A stretch of 42,373 nucleotides of DNA from Candidatus Limnocylindrales bacterium (GCA_044868045.1 JBIOWA010000111.1:1-42373); one strand, 5' to 3'; counted from the stretch's first letter, positions 26,073 to 36,181 are shown. Translations and numbers: made by a program. The notes: generated by a model from the sequence alone, not told the origin.

Positions 26073-27713
26073 ATGTCGAACGAGGGGTTCGGCGCCGTCA
26101 CGCCGCCGCTGCGCCGTGGGCGCAGGCGAGCCACACCGCTGACGCGCCGAGCGCGTTATCTGCCCGCCGTCCTCGATGCGCTGTTCCCCGGACTCGGTCA
26201 CTTCGCGGCCGGACGGCGGCGCCAGGCGGCGATGTTCGGCCTGCCGATCCTTGGGCTGATCGCCCTCGGGCTGGTCGTGGTGGTGACCACCAGCGGCCCA
26301 CGGCTGGCTGCGACGATGCTCGAACCTGGCGTGCTCTGGGGCCTGCTCGGACTCCAGGCTGCCATCCTCATCTGGCGGCTGCTTGCTGTCGGGACGAGTA
26401 TCTGGGCACCGCAGCTCTCCCGGCCGACCCGCCGCGACGCCCTTCCCATCGCCGCGATCCTGCTCGTGGCCGTCATCGCGCCCCAGGCCTACGCCGGCTA
26501 CACGACGGAGGTCGCGCGCGAGGCGCTCGACGAGATCTTCGTCGAGCCGTCGCTCCCGCCGGTGGCGTACGGCAGCCCCGAGCCCGATCCGAGCTTCCTC
26601 GATAGCGCACCCCCGAGCCCGTCACTGAGCCCCTCGCCTTCGCCGACGCCGCTCGTGCCGCGGGTCACCGTGCTGCTGCTCGGGATCGACGCCGGGATCG
26701 GCCGCAACACCTACCTGACCGACACGATGATCGTCGCCTCGCTGGACCCCGTGACGGAGACCGTTTCGATGGTCTCGGTTCCGCGCGACATGGTCGATGT
26801 CCCGCTGCCGGACGGTCGCAAGTTCCGCGGCAAGATCAATGGCCTCGTTTCCTACGCCAGGCATCACCCCAACCAATTCCCGAACTCGGACGGCACTGGT
26901 TTCGATGTCCTGCGCGGCGCGCTCGGCAAGCTGCTCGGCCTCGACATCAAGTACCACGCGGCGGTCAATCTCGGTGGCTTCATCGAGGTCGTCAACAAGC
27001 TCAGGGGCATCGACGTCAACGTCGCGCGGTCGTTCTGCGACCCGACGTACCACGAGTACGGCTACACCCGTGGCTTCTCGATCAGGAAGGGCAAGCACCA
27101 CCTCAACGGCCAGCAGGCCCTGGCCTACGCTCGCGTGCGCAAGGCCGCTGGCGAGAGCGACTTCACCCGCGCCGCTCGCCAGCAGGAAGTGCTGTCCGGC
27201 ATCCGCGACCGGATCGTGAAGGGTGGATTCATCGACGATCCGGTCGGGCTCCTGCGTGCGCTGTCCAAGACGATCACCACGAACGTACCGCGCAAGATCC
27301 TCCCCGACCTCGCCGATACGATGGCCAAGGTCGGGCGCCAGGACACGTTCCGGACCGTGATCACATCACCGTTGGTCGCCTCGGGTCGTGACGCGCGAGG
27401 CTCGATCCAGATCCCGAACCTGAAGCGGATCCTCGCCTTGTCAGCCGCGATCTTCCCGCCCACCGGCACAGTTCCAACCAAGAAGTATCGCGTGCCCAAG
27501 GCCGGCGGCGGCGCGGCCACGACCAGCGGCGTAGCCGGCTGCAAACCCGCCGCGACTCCGAGGCCGACTCCGAGGCCGACTCCGAGGCCGACACCCAAAC
27601 CCACGCCGAAGCCGACAGCGAAGCCGACGACGGCGCCGACCCCGACGGCCTCGGCCGAGCCGGCGCCGCCCGCCAGCGAGGCTCCGGCCGAGGCCATCCC
27701 GGCCGCGCCCTAG
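26073..27713 (+). CDS. LCP (LytR-CpsA-Psr) family cell-wall phosphotransferase
   Basis: LLLGID, TDTMIVA, SVPRD, KINGL, ALAYARVR, SDFTRAARQQ; N-terminal TMs; Pro/Thr tail. Confidence 0.93.
   Translation: MSNEGFGAVTPPLRRGRRRATPLTRRARYLPAVLDALFPGLGHFAAGRRRQAAMFGLPILGLIALGLVVVVTTSGPRLAATMLEPGVLWGLLGLQAAILIWRLLAVGTSIWAPQLSRPTRRDALPIAAILLVAVIAPQAYAGYTTEVAREALDEIFVEPSLPPVAYGSPEPDPSFLDSAPPSPSLSPSPSPTPLVPRVTVLLLGIDAGIGRNTYLTDTMIVASLDPVTETVSMVSVPRDMVDVPLPDGRKFRGKINGLVSYARHHPNQFPNSDGTGFDVLRGALGKLLGLDIKYHAAVNLGGFIEVVNKLRGIDVNVARSFCDPTYHEYGYTRGFSIRKGKHHLNGQQALAYARVRKAAGESDFTRAARQQEVLSGIRDRIVKGGFIDDPVGLLRALSKTITTNVPRKILPDLADTMAKVGRQDTFRTVITSPLVASGRDARGSIQIPNLKRILALSAAIFPPTGTVPTKKYRVPKAGGGAATTSGVAGCKPAATPRPTPRPTPRPTPKPTPKPTAKPTTAPTPTASAEPAPPASEAPAEAIPAAP
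27553..27592 (+). repeat. 12-bp tandem repeat encoding a PTPR linker
   Basis: CGACTCCGAGGC x3 plus partial, inside the LCP gene. Confidence 0.85.
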
Positions 27714-27812
27714 GAAGATCCCGCAGGCCCATTGGCTCATACCGCGGGCCAAACCTTCGCCCGTACGTTCGGGTGGGTGGCAACCGCAGGTCGGGGCTGG
27801 CACCCTACGGGC

Positions 27813-28619
27813 ATGCTGCGAACGATAGATCGTCGGCCTCGGCTGGTCGCCCTGGTCCTCGTCGCGATGATGCTGACCGGCGTCGCGGCAACCGCGTCGG
27901 CGGCGCCCGCGCTCCCGGCGTGCAAGGTCGCGGACACGCTGACCAAACATCGCTGGTTGAGCGACTGGCATCGTTCGCTGCTGGACACAACCTTTCGGCT
28001 GTCCAGCGCCTACGTCCCGCCGGACCTGCGATCGACCTACTACGCCGGCCTCAACACTGGCTACTCCGTGCGCAAGTTCGTGATCGCGGACCTCAAGGCG
28101 ATGGCCAGCGCGGCGCGTTCCGCCGGGGCCCGATTCGTCGTGCAGTCGGCCTATCGAAGCTACAAGACGCAGAAGGCGACATTCGACTACTGGGTCAAGG
28201 TCCACGGCTATGCCACGGCGCTCAAGGAGAGCGCCCGCGCCGGCCACAGCGAACATCAGCTTGGGACGACGCTCGACTTCAAGGCGTACGGCGGTTCCGC
28301 GCCGTGGAACTACACCGACTGGGGCGCCACCAAGGTCGGGTCCTGGCTCAGGGCCAACGCCTGGAAGTACGGCTTCATCATGTCGTACCCGAAGGGCAAG
28401 ACGACCGTCACGTGCTATACGTACGAACCGTGGCACTACCGGTACGTCGGCCGGGCAAGAGCGGCCACGATACGGGGGAGCGGGCTGACGCTTCGCGAGT
28501 TCCTCTGGCGGGAGCAGAACACGCCGGCTCCGACTCCCGCGCCGACGCCCCCGCCAACCCCAGCCCCGACGCCGGAGCCCACCCCCGAGCCAACACCGAC
28601 GCCGACTCCTGTCGGCTGA
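27813..28619 (+). CDS. M15B (VanY-like) D-Ala-D-Ala carboxypeptidase
   Basis: SAYRSY..Q, SARAGHSEHQLG..D, YEPWHYRYVG; signal peptide; PT tail. Confidence 0.92.
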   Translation: MLRTIDRRPRLVALVLVAMMLTGVAATASAAPALPACKVADTLTKHRWLSDWHRSLLDTTFRLSSAYVPPDLRSTYYAGLNTGYSVRKFVIADLKAMASAARSAGARFVVQSAYRSYKTQKATFDYWVKVHGYATALKESARAGHSEHQLGTTLDFKAYGGSAPWNYTDWGATKVGSWLRANAWKYGFIMSYPKGKTTVTCYTYEPWHYRYVGRARAATIRGSGLTLREFLWREQNTPAPTPAPTPPPTPAPTPEPTPEPTPTPTPVG

Positions 28620-28687
28620 CGGGCTTCATGCCGCGCTGAACGGCTGAGCCCGGCCGGCCGCGAGCCATGCGGCTACGCTGTCAGCCG

Positions 28688-29713
28688 ATGAGCTCGACCA
28701 CGATGCCCGCCACCTTCCGAGCCTACGTCGCCGAGAAGGTCGACCGCCCGGATGGCACGCGCGCGATCGAGCGAGGTGTCCGCGAGTTCGCCGTCGACGA
28801 CCTGCCGGCGGGCGGGGTCACGATCCGGGTCGACTGGTCCAGCGTGAACTTCAAGGACGGCCTGGCCACCCGGATCGATGGCAAGGTCGCGCGCATCAGC
28901 CCGCTCATCCCCGGCATCGATCTCGCGGGCGAGGTCGTGGCGAGCGACGACCCCGCATTCGCGGTGGGAGATCCCGTCCTCGCGCACGGCTACGACCTGG
29001 GCGTCGCCCGCCATGGCGGATTCGCGGAATACCAGCGGGTGCCTGCGGGATGGGTCGTGCCCCTGGATCGCGGGCTCACGCCGCGGGATGCGATGGCGAT
29101 CGGCACGGCCGGTTTCACCGCGGCGATGTCGGTCGTCGCGCTCGAGGATCATGGGCTGAAGCCCGGAGACGGTCCCGTGCTGGTCACCGGGGCGAGCGGC
29201 GGGGTTGGCAGCACCGCTATCGCGATCCTGGCCGAGCGAGGCCACGAGGTCTGGGCCGCGACCGGCAAGGCCGGCGAGGCGGATCGGCTGCGCGGCCTCG
29301 GCGCCGCCGGCATCGTGTCGCGGGACGAGGTGACCGCCGCGGGCAAGCCGCTCGAGTCGGAACGGTGGGCCGGCGCCGTCGACTCGGTCGGCGCGGCCAC
29401 GCTGCCCTATGTCCTTCGGACGCTGCGGGCGGGCGCCGCGGTGGCGGCGAGTGGCAACGCGAGCGGACCGAAGCTCGATACGACGGTCTTCCCGTTCATC
29501 CTCCGTGGCATTGCGCTGCTCGGGATGGATTCGGCCCAGATGCCGATCGACCGACGCCGCGCCATCTGGGCGCGCCTGGCGACCGACCTGCGGCCGCGCG
29601 CGCTCGGGGAGCACGTCACGGAAGTCACGCTCGACACGCTCGACGACGCGCTCGACGGCATCTTGGCCGGTGCGGCCCGCGGTCGCTGGCTGGTCCGAGT
29701 CGGCGCAGGGTAA
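28688..29713 (+). CDS. acuI: MDR oxidoreductase, AcuI/YhdH (acrylyl-CoA reductase) family
   Basis: SSVNFKDGLA, PGIDLAG, IGTAGFTA, TGASGGVGS, PFILRGIALLG. Confidence 0.88.
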   Translation: MSSTTMPATFRAYVAEKVDRPDGTRAIERGVREFAVDDLPAGGVTIRVDWSSVNFKDGLATRIDGKVARISPLIPGIDLAGEVVASDDPAFAVGDPVLAHGYDLGVARHGGFAEYQRVPAGWVVPLDRGLTPRDAMAIGTAGFTAAMSVVALEDHGLKPGDGPVLVTGASGGVGSTAIAILAERGHEVWAATGKAGEADRLRGLGAAGIVSRDEVTAAGKPLESERWAGAVDSVGAATLPYVLRTLRAGAAVAASGNASGPKLDTTVFPFILRGIALLGMDSAQMPIDRRRAIWARLATDLRPRALGEHVTEVTLDTLDDALDGILAGAARGRWLVRVGAG

Positions 29714-29746
29714 GGTTGCCTTCCCCAGCCAGATGGAGGTGACGAC

Positions 29747-29950
29747 ATGTCGGTCGCACGGGTGACGGAGATCAGTTCCCGCTCCGAGCGGAGCTTCGAA
29801 GATGCGATCAACCAGGGCATCGACCGGGCCAACAAGACGCTGCGCAACGTCAAAGGCGGCTGGATCAAGGAACAGGCCGTTGACGTCGAGGACGGCCGGA
29901 TCATCGGCTACCGAGTGAACCTGCTGGTGACGTTCGTCCTCGACGAGTGA
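29747..29950 (+). CDS. Dodecin family protein
   Basis: SVARVTEISS.S..SFEDAI..G..RA.KTLRNV...YRVNL.VTFVL; GGAGGT RBS. Confidence 0.92.
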   Translation: MSVARVTEISSRSERSFEDAINQGIDRANKTLRNVKGGWIKEQAVDVEDGRIIGYRVNLLVTFVLDE

Positions 29951-29953
29951 TCC

Positions 29954-31156
29954 TCAGGCGATCGCCACGCCTCGGCTGACGACGAGGCGGATCGCCTCGG
30001 GCCGCGTCAACAGGTCGGGATCCTCGTCCGGACGGCCGTCGATCGCGACGAGGTCGGCCGCCGCGCCGACCTCGATGCGACCCAGGTCTTCGCGTCCCAG
30101 CGCCGCGGCACCGCCCAGCGTTGCCGCACGTAGCGCCTCTGTAGCGCTGAGGCCTGCATCCACCAGGCGGATCAGCTCGCGGGCCGATGTCCCGGGCGGC
30201 CCGCTGTCGTAGCCGAGGGCCAGCGTCACACCGGCCCGGCGCGCCACCTCGACTGTTCGCCGCGCCTCCTCCCACTGCCGCTTGGCCTGTTCGACGAGCG
30301 CCGGAGCGAAGTCGTCGACGAACCGCTCGGCAAGGTCATGGAAGGTGGACAACGTCGGAACGAGGACCGCGCCGCGCTGCGCCATCTCGTCAAGCAGCCG
30401 CGGCTCGCGGTGCAGTGACATACCGTGCTCGATCGTGTCGGCGCCTGCTTCGAGTGCCAGCCTGGTTCCGTCCAGGCCCTCCGCGTGGGCTGCGACCCGG
30501 CGTCCCATCCGATGCGCCTCGTCGACGATCGCCTTCATCTCCTCGAGCGTCATCTGGGCCGGTTCGGGGTCCTCGCGCACGACGGATCGGGCTCCGGTCG
30601 CCATGAACTTGATGAAGTCGGCGCCGCGGCGGATCTGCTCGCGAACCGCCTTGCGCATCTCCCAGGGTCCGTCGGCCTCGCGGTACATCGTGCCGAAGAC
30701 CTCGCCTCCCGGTGACGTTGCGGAGATGATCCGCCCGCAGGTGAAGATCCGGGGGCCAGGTACGACGCCGGTATCGATCGCCAGCTTGAGGACGCTCGCC
30801 TCGTCGTCGTAACTGCCGACGTCGCGGACCGTCGTGAATCCGGAACGCAGCATCCGATCGGCGGTCGCGGAGAGGATGTAGTGGCCAAGTGCCGCGGGGC
30901 GAGGCGACTCACCGTGCTTGGGCGGCGCCGGGCCGAACCCGGGGCTTCGTGAGGTGTCCGACAGGACATGTGCGTGGGCGTCGATGAGACCTGGCAGGAC
31001 CGTTGCCCCGCCCAGGTCGCGGGCACCGTCCGGGGGCGATCCATCGGCGTCGCCGATAGAGGCGATGCGCTCGTCCTCGATCGTGATGACCCGCCGCTCG
31101 GTCGCCGATCCCGCCTCGGGGTCGATGACCCGGACGTCCCAGAGGACCTCCGTCAC
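29954..31156 (-). CDS. Metal-dependent amidohydrolase (Xaa-Pro dipeptidase-like)
   Basis: PGLIDAHAH, GFTTVRD, IKFMATG, AAHAEG, TIEHG. Confidence 0.9.
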   Translation of the reverse strand: MTEVLWDVRVIDPEAGSATERRVITIEDERIASIGDADGSPPDGARDLGGATVLPGLIDAHAHVLSDTSRSPGFGPAPPKHGESPRPAALGHYILSATADRMLRSGFTTVRDVGSYDDEASVLKLAIDTGVVPGPRIFTCGRIISATSPGGEVFGTMYREADGPWEMRKAVREQIRRGADFIKFMATGARSVVREDPEPAQMTLEEMKAIVDEAHRMGRRVAAHAEGLDGTRLALEAGADTIEHGMSLHREPRLLDEMAQRGAVLVPTLSTFHDLAERFVDDFAPALVEQAKRQWEEARRTVEVARRAGVTLALGYDSGPPGTSARELIRLVDAGLSATEALRAATLGGAAALGREDLGRIEVGAAADLVAIDGRPDEDPDLLTRPEAIRLVVSRGVAIA

Positions 31157-32004
31157 GTTCTGCTCGGAACGACGTCGAGCTCACCATGAAGCTGCTGGAG
31201 CGCGCGCTCGAGCCCCCGGCGCGCGTCCTCCGGCGGGTAGTCCGGGAAGGGGTGCGAGGCGATCGCGTCGTCGAGTGGTAGCTCGCCCGCCTCGACACGC
31301 CGGGCGGTCTCCGCGAGCGCCCCGAGGGACGCGGCCTGAGCATCGGCGAACGCGCGATCGCCGCAGTCTCCATGGCCGGGTACCACGATGCCGGAGCCTT
31401 CCTTGACGCGCACGGCCAGCGCCGCGGCGGTCGTCGGCCAGTCGAGCGGGTAGGCGTCGCCGAAGAACGGGACGTTGCCGTTCTCGAGGAGATCGCCCGC
31501 GAAGACGACGTCGGTCTCGGGGATCTCGATGACCACGTCGTGGTCGGTGTGGCCGCGGCCGAGATACCGCAGCATGACCTCTCGGCCGCCGACCTCGACC
31601 CTTGCGTGGGTGGCGAAGATCCGATCGGGCGGATCGATGACGATCTCGGCCAGCTCATCGGCTAGCGCCGGCTCCTCGGCGGCGATCGTTCGTTTGCGGG
31701 CCTCGCCGGTCCGGACCATGAACGTGACGCATCGTTCGTGGCCCCAGATCGTCGCCGGCCGAAAGATGCCGTTGCCGAAGACGTGGTCGAAATGGCCGTG
31801 GGTGTCGACGACGACGCCGACCGGATCGTCGGTCAGCTCGCGGATGTCGGCCTGGATCTCACGAGCCTGGGCGTAGGTCGACCGCGTGTCGATGACGAGC
31901 ACCTCGGCACGGCCCAGGATCACGCCGATGTTCTGGTCGTAGAAGTCGTACCGGCGCACGAAGACGCGATCGCCGATCTCGACCCAATCGCTTGCTGCAG
32001 CCAT
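31153..32004 (-). CDS. Metallo-beta-lactamase fold hydrolase
   Basis: THGHFDHVFGN, GHTDHD, FAGDL, VPGHG. Confidence 0.9.
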   Translation of the reverse strand: MAAASDWVEIGDRVFVRRYDFYDQNIGVILGRAEVLVIDTRSTYAQAREIQADIRELTDDPVGVVVDTHGHFDHVFGNGIFRPATIWGHERCVTFMVRTGEARKRTIAAEEPALADELAEIVIDPPDRIFATHARVEVGGREVMLRYLGRGHTDHDVVIEIPETDVVFAGDLLENGNVPFFGDAYPLDWPTTAAALAVRVKEGSGIVVPGHGDCGDRAFADAQAASLGALAETARRVEAGELPLDDAIASHPFPDYPPEDARRGLERALQQLHGELDVVPSRT

Positions 32005-32027
32005 GCGTGTTGCATCCTAGCGGCGTC

Positions 32028-32891
32028 ATGCCCTCCGTCATCGGCTCAGCCGTCACCGCCGACGGCGTGCAACTGCGGACCCGACACTGGCCATCCGTCG
32101 ATCCGTGGGCGAGTGTGCTGATCATCCACGGCCTGGGCGAGCACTCGGGTCGATACGAACACGTCGGGGAGCACTTCGCCGCCGCAGGCATCGAGGCCTT
32201 CGCCTACGACCACCGCGGCAACGGCGGGAGCGGCGGCGCGCGCGGCGACATCGACCGCTGGAGCACCTACCTCGACGACCTCGAAGAGCAGCTCGTGGCG
32301 GTCCGCGTCTTGTCCGGCGGTCGGCCGGTCGTGCTGTACGCACATTCGATGGGCGGACTGATCGCGGCCGGCTACCTGTTGTCGCCTCGTCCGCGACCGG
32401 ACCTGACCGTGCTTACCGCACCGGGACTCGACTCGACGCTGGCCGCCTGGAAACAGCGCCTTGCCCCCTTCGTCGCGCGGATCGCGCCGACCCTTTCGAT
32501 CCCAAACGGCGTGCCTTCCGAGACCCTGTCGCGCGATGCTGACGTCGGCCGTCGAATGGCCGCGGATCCGCTCAACGGGCGGACCAGCACGGCCCGCTTC
32601 GGCGCCGAGGCCCTGCGTGAGCAGGCGCGGGTCCGCGAAGGTGCCCGCTCGATCGGCGGTCCTACGCTCGTGCTCCACGGCCTCGACGACCGGCTCGTGC
32701 CGCCGTCGGCCTCGACTGTCTTCGAGGGCGCCGCCGGCGTAGAGCGACGGACCTATCCCGGGCTCCGGCACGAGCTGCACAACGAGCCCGAGGGGCCCCA
32801 CATCCTGGACGATGTTGTGGCCTGGATTCGCGCCCATGGTAGGCTTGACGCACAACTGAACACCGCCTCCGGGGAGCGCCTCGCGCGCTGA
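32028..32891 (+). CDS. Alpha/beta hydrolase (lysophospholipase/monoglyceride lipase-like)
   Basis: HGLGEHSGRY, DHRGNG, AHSMGG, HGLDD, RHELHNE. Confidence 0.9.
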   Translation: MPSVIGSAVTADGVQLRTRHWPSVDPWASVLIIHGLGEHSGRYEHVGEHFAAAGIEAFAYDHRGNGGSGGARGDIDRWSTYLDDLEEQLVAVRVLSGGRPVVLYAHSMGGLIAAGYLLSPRPRPDLTVLTAPGLDSTLAAWKQRLAPFVARIAPTLSIPNGVPSETLSRDADVGRRMAADPLNGRTSTARFGAEALREQARVREGARSIGGPTLVLHGLDDRLVPPSASTVFEGAAGVERRTYPGLRHELHNEPEGPHILDDVVAWIRAHGRLDAQLNTASGERLAR

Positions 32892-32951
32892 GAGTGTGGC
32901 GAATGCCACAGACCCGCCGAACCTGATCCGGCTCGTACCGGCGAAGGAAGC
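32864..32951 (+). ncRNA. TPP riboswitch
   Basis: GGGGAGC..GCTGAGA..GACCC..GAACCTGATCCGG..TACCGGCGAAGGAAG upstream of NMT1/THI5 ABC genes. Confidence 0.9.
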
Positions 32952-33020
32952 AGGCCCGCATCGACTTCGATGACGCCGTCCCGGAACCGGGGCGGCGTTC
33001 TTCTTGGAGGAATCGAGTCG

Positions 33021-34100
33021 GTGAGGAAATTCGGAGCGATCCTGGCAATGGTCGTCCTCGTCGGTGGCTGCGGCGGCGGGCCGTCGCCTGCGCCGTCGAC
33101 GGCGACGTCGAGCCCGGCGGCGACCCCGGAGCCGGCAGCGTCCGCCAGCCCGTCGCCGTCGAGCTCAGCCACGCCGGCCACGGTTCGCCTGGCCCTCGAC
33201 TGGACGCCGAACACCAATCACACCGGCTTCTTCGTTGCGGAACACGAGGGCTGGTACGCCGATGCCGCGATCACCCTGCGGATCCTGCCGTACAGCGGGA
33301 CGCTGCCCGAGACGCTGATCGGCGCACACCAGGCTGAGTGCGGCATCAGCTTCCAGGACTCGCTGACCTTCGCGGTGGCCGCCGGGGTGAAGGCCACGTC
33401 GGTCATGGCGATCCTGCAACGGACCGCATCGAAGATCGCAGTCCTCGAGAGCTCCGCGATCGAGCGTCCGCGCGACCTCGATGGTCGCGTGTACGGCGGC
33501 TTCGGGTATCCCAACGAGGTGCCGACCATCACGTTCGTGATCCAGCACGACGGCGGGAAGGGTGATTTCAAGAACGTCGTGATCGATACAGCCGCGTACG
33601 AGGCCCTGTATGCCAAGCGGGTCGACTTCACGATCCCGTTCACCGCGTGGGAAGGCGTCGAAGCCGACCTGCGCGGCATCAAGCTGCGCTACTTCGCGTT
33701 CACGGACTACGGCTTCCCGGACTTCTACCAGGTCGTCCTCGCGTGTGACCCCGACTGGCTTGCCCGAGAACCTGACGCCGCACGACGATTCGTTGCCGCG
33801 ACCGTGCATGGCTTCGAGCTGGCGGCCCGTGACCCGGATGGGGCGGCCCAGATGCTCATCGACGAGAACCCCGCTGCGTTCGCGGCCAATCCCGAGCTTC
33901 CCAAGGCGAGTGCGGAGCTCCTGGCCCGGGATGGCTACTACGTTGACGACAGCGGTCGCGTCGGGCCGCAGACGCTCGAGCGCTGGCAGGGCTATTCGGG
34001 GTTCCTGTACGACCAGGGGCTGCTGGTCGACGCCGCCGGCAAGGCGTTGACGACGCCCCCGGACTACGCGGCGCTGTTCACGAACGACTTCCTGCCGTGA
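33021..34100 (+). CDS. ABC substrate-binding lipoprotein, NMT1/THI5 (ThiY-like)
   Basis: LVGGC lipobox, LALDWTPNTNHTG, ISFQ, FTNDFL; GGAGG RBS; TPP riboswitch upstream. Confidence 0.92.
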   Translation: MRKFGAILAMVVLVGGCGGGPSPAPSTATSSPAATPEPAASASPSPSSSATPATVRLALDWTPNTNHTGFFVAEHEGWYADAAITLRILPYSGTLPETLIGAHQAECGISFQDSLTFAVAAGVKATSVMAILQRTASKIAVLESSAIERPRDLDGRVYGGFGYPNEVPTITFVIQHDGGKGDFKNVVIDTAAYEALYAKRVDFTIPFTAWEGVEADLRGIKLRYFAFTDYGFPDFYQVVLACDPDWLAREPDAARRFVAATVHGFELAARDPDGAAQMLIDENPAAFAANPELPKASAELLARDGYYVDDSGRVGPQTLERWQGYSGFLYDQGLLVDAAGKALTTPPDYAALFTNDFLP

Positions 34101-34858
34101 CGCTGCGGCGGTTCGGCCCGCCGGTCATCGTCGTCGGTGCGGTGCTCCTGGCCTGGGAGGCGTATTGCCGCCTGGCGGGGGTCAGCCCGGTGGTCCTTCC
34201 TGCACCGAGCAGGATCATCGATCAGCTCTGGACCTTCCGCGGGGATGCCGCGCGTCATGCGATCCCGACGCTCGCCGAGACGGCCCTGGGATTGGTGCTG
34301 TCCATCGCCGTCTCCGTGATCGCAGCCGTCGCGATGGACCGGTTCACGACACTGCGTCGGGCACTGCAGCCGTTGTTCGTCGCGTCGCAGACGGTGCCGA
34401 TCGTGGCGATCGCGCCACTGCTCGTCCTGTGGTTCGGGTTCGGACTGGCACCCAAGGTCCTGATCGTCGTCGTCGTGACGTTCTTCCCGGTCACGATCGC
34501 CCTGCTCGACGGTTTCGCCGCCGCGTCCGGCGAGGCGACGGACCTGCTCAGGTCGGTCGGTGCCGATCGCCTGCAAATCTTCCGCAAGCTCCGCTGGCCG
34601 GCGGCGCTGCCATCGTTCTTCACCGGACTTCGTATCGCGGCCACGTACGGGGTGATCGGAGCGGTCTTCGGCGAATACGTCGGGGCGTACGAGGGTCTGG
34701 GCATCTGGATGCAGCTCTCGCAGAACGCCTTCCGTACCGACCTCGTCTTCGGCGCGATCCTGCTCTCGGCAGCCCTGAGCATCACCTTGTTCGGCCTCGT
34801 CGTCGTCGCCGAGCGCCTGGCGATCCCGTGGTATCGCGCCTCCCGCGCTGCCCGATAA
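34097..34858 (+). CDS. ABC permease (ThiX/SsuC-like)
   Basis: LPAPS, QTVPIVAIAPLL, FFPV, PAALPSFFTGLR. Confidence 0.92.
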   Translation: MTLRRFGPPVIVVGAVLLAWEAYCRLAGVSPVVLPAPSRIIDQLWTFRGDAARHAIPTLAETALGLVLSIAVSVIAAVAMDRFTTLRRALQPLFVASQTVPIVAIAPLLVLWFGFGLAPKVLIVVVVTFFPVTIALLDGFAAASGEATDLLRSVGADRLQIFRKLRWPAALPSFFTGLRIAATYGVIGAVFGEYVGAYEGLGIWMQLSQNAFRTDLVFGAILLSAALSITLFGLVVVAERLAIPWYRASRAAR

Positions 34859-34867
34859 TCCTGCGCT

Positions 34868-36181
34868 GTGAGCGACGCACGAACGATCGTCTTCTTTCCT
34901 GAGGGCGCATACGGTCCGACCAACAATTGCGTCGGGATCGGGCAGGTCCTTCGATCGCGCGGCCATCGGGTCGTGTTCATCGTCGAGGAGTCGTTCGCCG
35001 GAACACTCGAGGCCAAGGGCTTCGAGGAACGGCTGATGCGGCTCGGGCCGCAACCGGCCGAGCCCGAGGTCCCCGGTCAGTTCTGGATCGACTTCATCCG
35101 CGACACGGCGCCGGTCTTCCGCAAGTCGACCCTCGAGCAGCTCGGCGAGTTCATCGCGCCCACCTGGCAGGCGCTCATCGACGGCTCGAAATACGTCAAC
35201 CCACGCCTCGCCGAGATCTTCGACGAACTGGCCCCGGATGTCATCGTCGAGGACAACGTCGTGGCCTTCCCGGCGATCGCGGCCAGCGGCCTGCCGTGGG
35301 TACGGATCGTCTCCTGCAACCCGTTGGAGCTGAAGGACACGCACCTCCCGCCATTCAGCAGCGGATATCCGGTCGCCGATCGGAGCGGCTGGGGCGAGTT
35401 CCTGGCCGAGGTCCGCCGGACGCACGCGGACATGTGGCGGGATTTCGACGCGTTCTGTCGGGAGAACGGCGACCCCGGACTGAGCTACGGCGAACTCGGT
35501 CCGGAGTTCATCGGCGAGTCTCCGTACCTGAACCTGTATTCGTATCCGGCGGAGGCCGACTACGAGCGCGCCAGACCGCTCGGCCCGCCCTGGCACCGGC
35601 TCGACTCCACCGTCCGCGAACCCGAGGCGACGTACGAGCTGGCGCCGGCAGTGGCCGAGCGGGACGGGGCGTTGATCTACCTCTCCCTGGGGTCGCTCGG
35701 CTCGGCGGACGTCGAGCTCATGCAACGGCTGGTCGACGTCCTGGCAACCACGAAACACCGCGTCATCGTGTCGAAGGGCCCGCTGGCCGACCGGATCAAG
35801 CTCCACCACAACCAGGCAGGGGAGGGATTCCTGCCGCAACCGGCGATCCTGCCGCAGGTCGATCTCGTCATCACCCACGGCGGCAACAACACCGTCACCG
35901 AGGCGTTCCACCACGGCAAGCCGATGATCGTGCTGCCGCTGTTCTGGGACCAGGTCGACAACGCCCAGCGGGTCGATGAAACCGGGTTCGGCCGGCGCCT
36001 CTCGACCTACGGCTTCCGTGACATGGACCTGACCGGCGCGATCGACGACCTGCTCAAGGATCGGACGCTCGCGGAGAGGATGGCGGCGATGTCGGCCCGC
36101 ATCAAGTCGACGTCCGGGACGGTGATGGCCGCGGACCTCGTGGAGCGCGTGGCGACTACCAAGGAGCCGCTCCCGGCCTGA
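34868..36181 (+). CDS. GT1 (MGT/UGT-like) glycosyltransferase
   Basis: IYLSLGSLG, FLPQ..IL..DLVITHGGNNT..E, LPLFWDQ..NAQR. Confidence 0.9.
   Translation: MSDARTIVFFPEGAYGPTNNCVGIGQVLRSRGHRVVFIVEESFAGTLEAKGFEERLMRLGPQPAEPEVPGQFWIDFIRDTAPVFRKSTLEQLGEFIAPTWQALIDGSKYVNPRLAEIFDELAPDVIVEDNVVAFPAIAASGLPWVRIVSCNPLELKDTHLPPFSSGYPVADRSGWGEFLAEVRRTHADMWRDFDAFCRENGDPGLSYGELGPEFIGESPYLNLYSYPAEADYERARPLGPPWHRLDSTVREPEATYELAPAVAERDGALIYLSLGSLGSADVELMQRLVDVLATTKHRVIVSKGPLADRIKLHHNQAGEGFLPQPAILPQVDLVITHGGNNTVTEAFHHGKPMIVLPLFWDQVDNAQRVDETGFGRRLSTYGFRDMDLTGAIDDLLKDRTLAERMAAMSARIKSTSGTVMAADLVERVATTKEPLPA

Noticed and set aside
27553-28612. Tandem repeats as a CRISPR array or contingency locus
   Set aside because: In-frame Pro/Thr linkers with no spacers; no cas genes or CRISPR array seen in the window
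27813-28619. vanY glycopeptide-resistance gene
   Set aside because: No vanHAX or vanRS nearby; an M15 peptidase next to an LCP gene fits ordinary cell-wall metabolism
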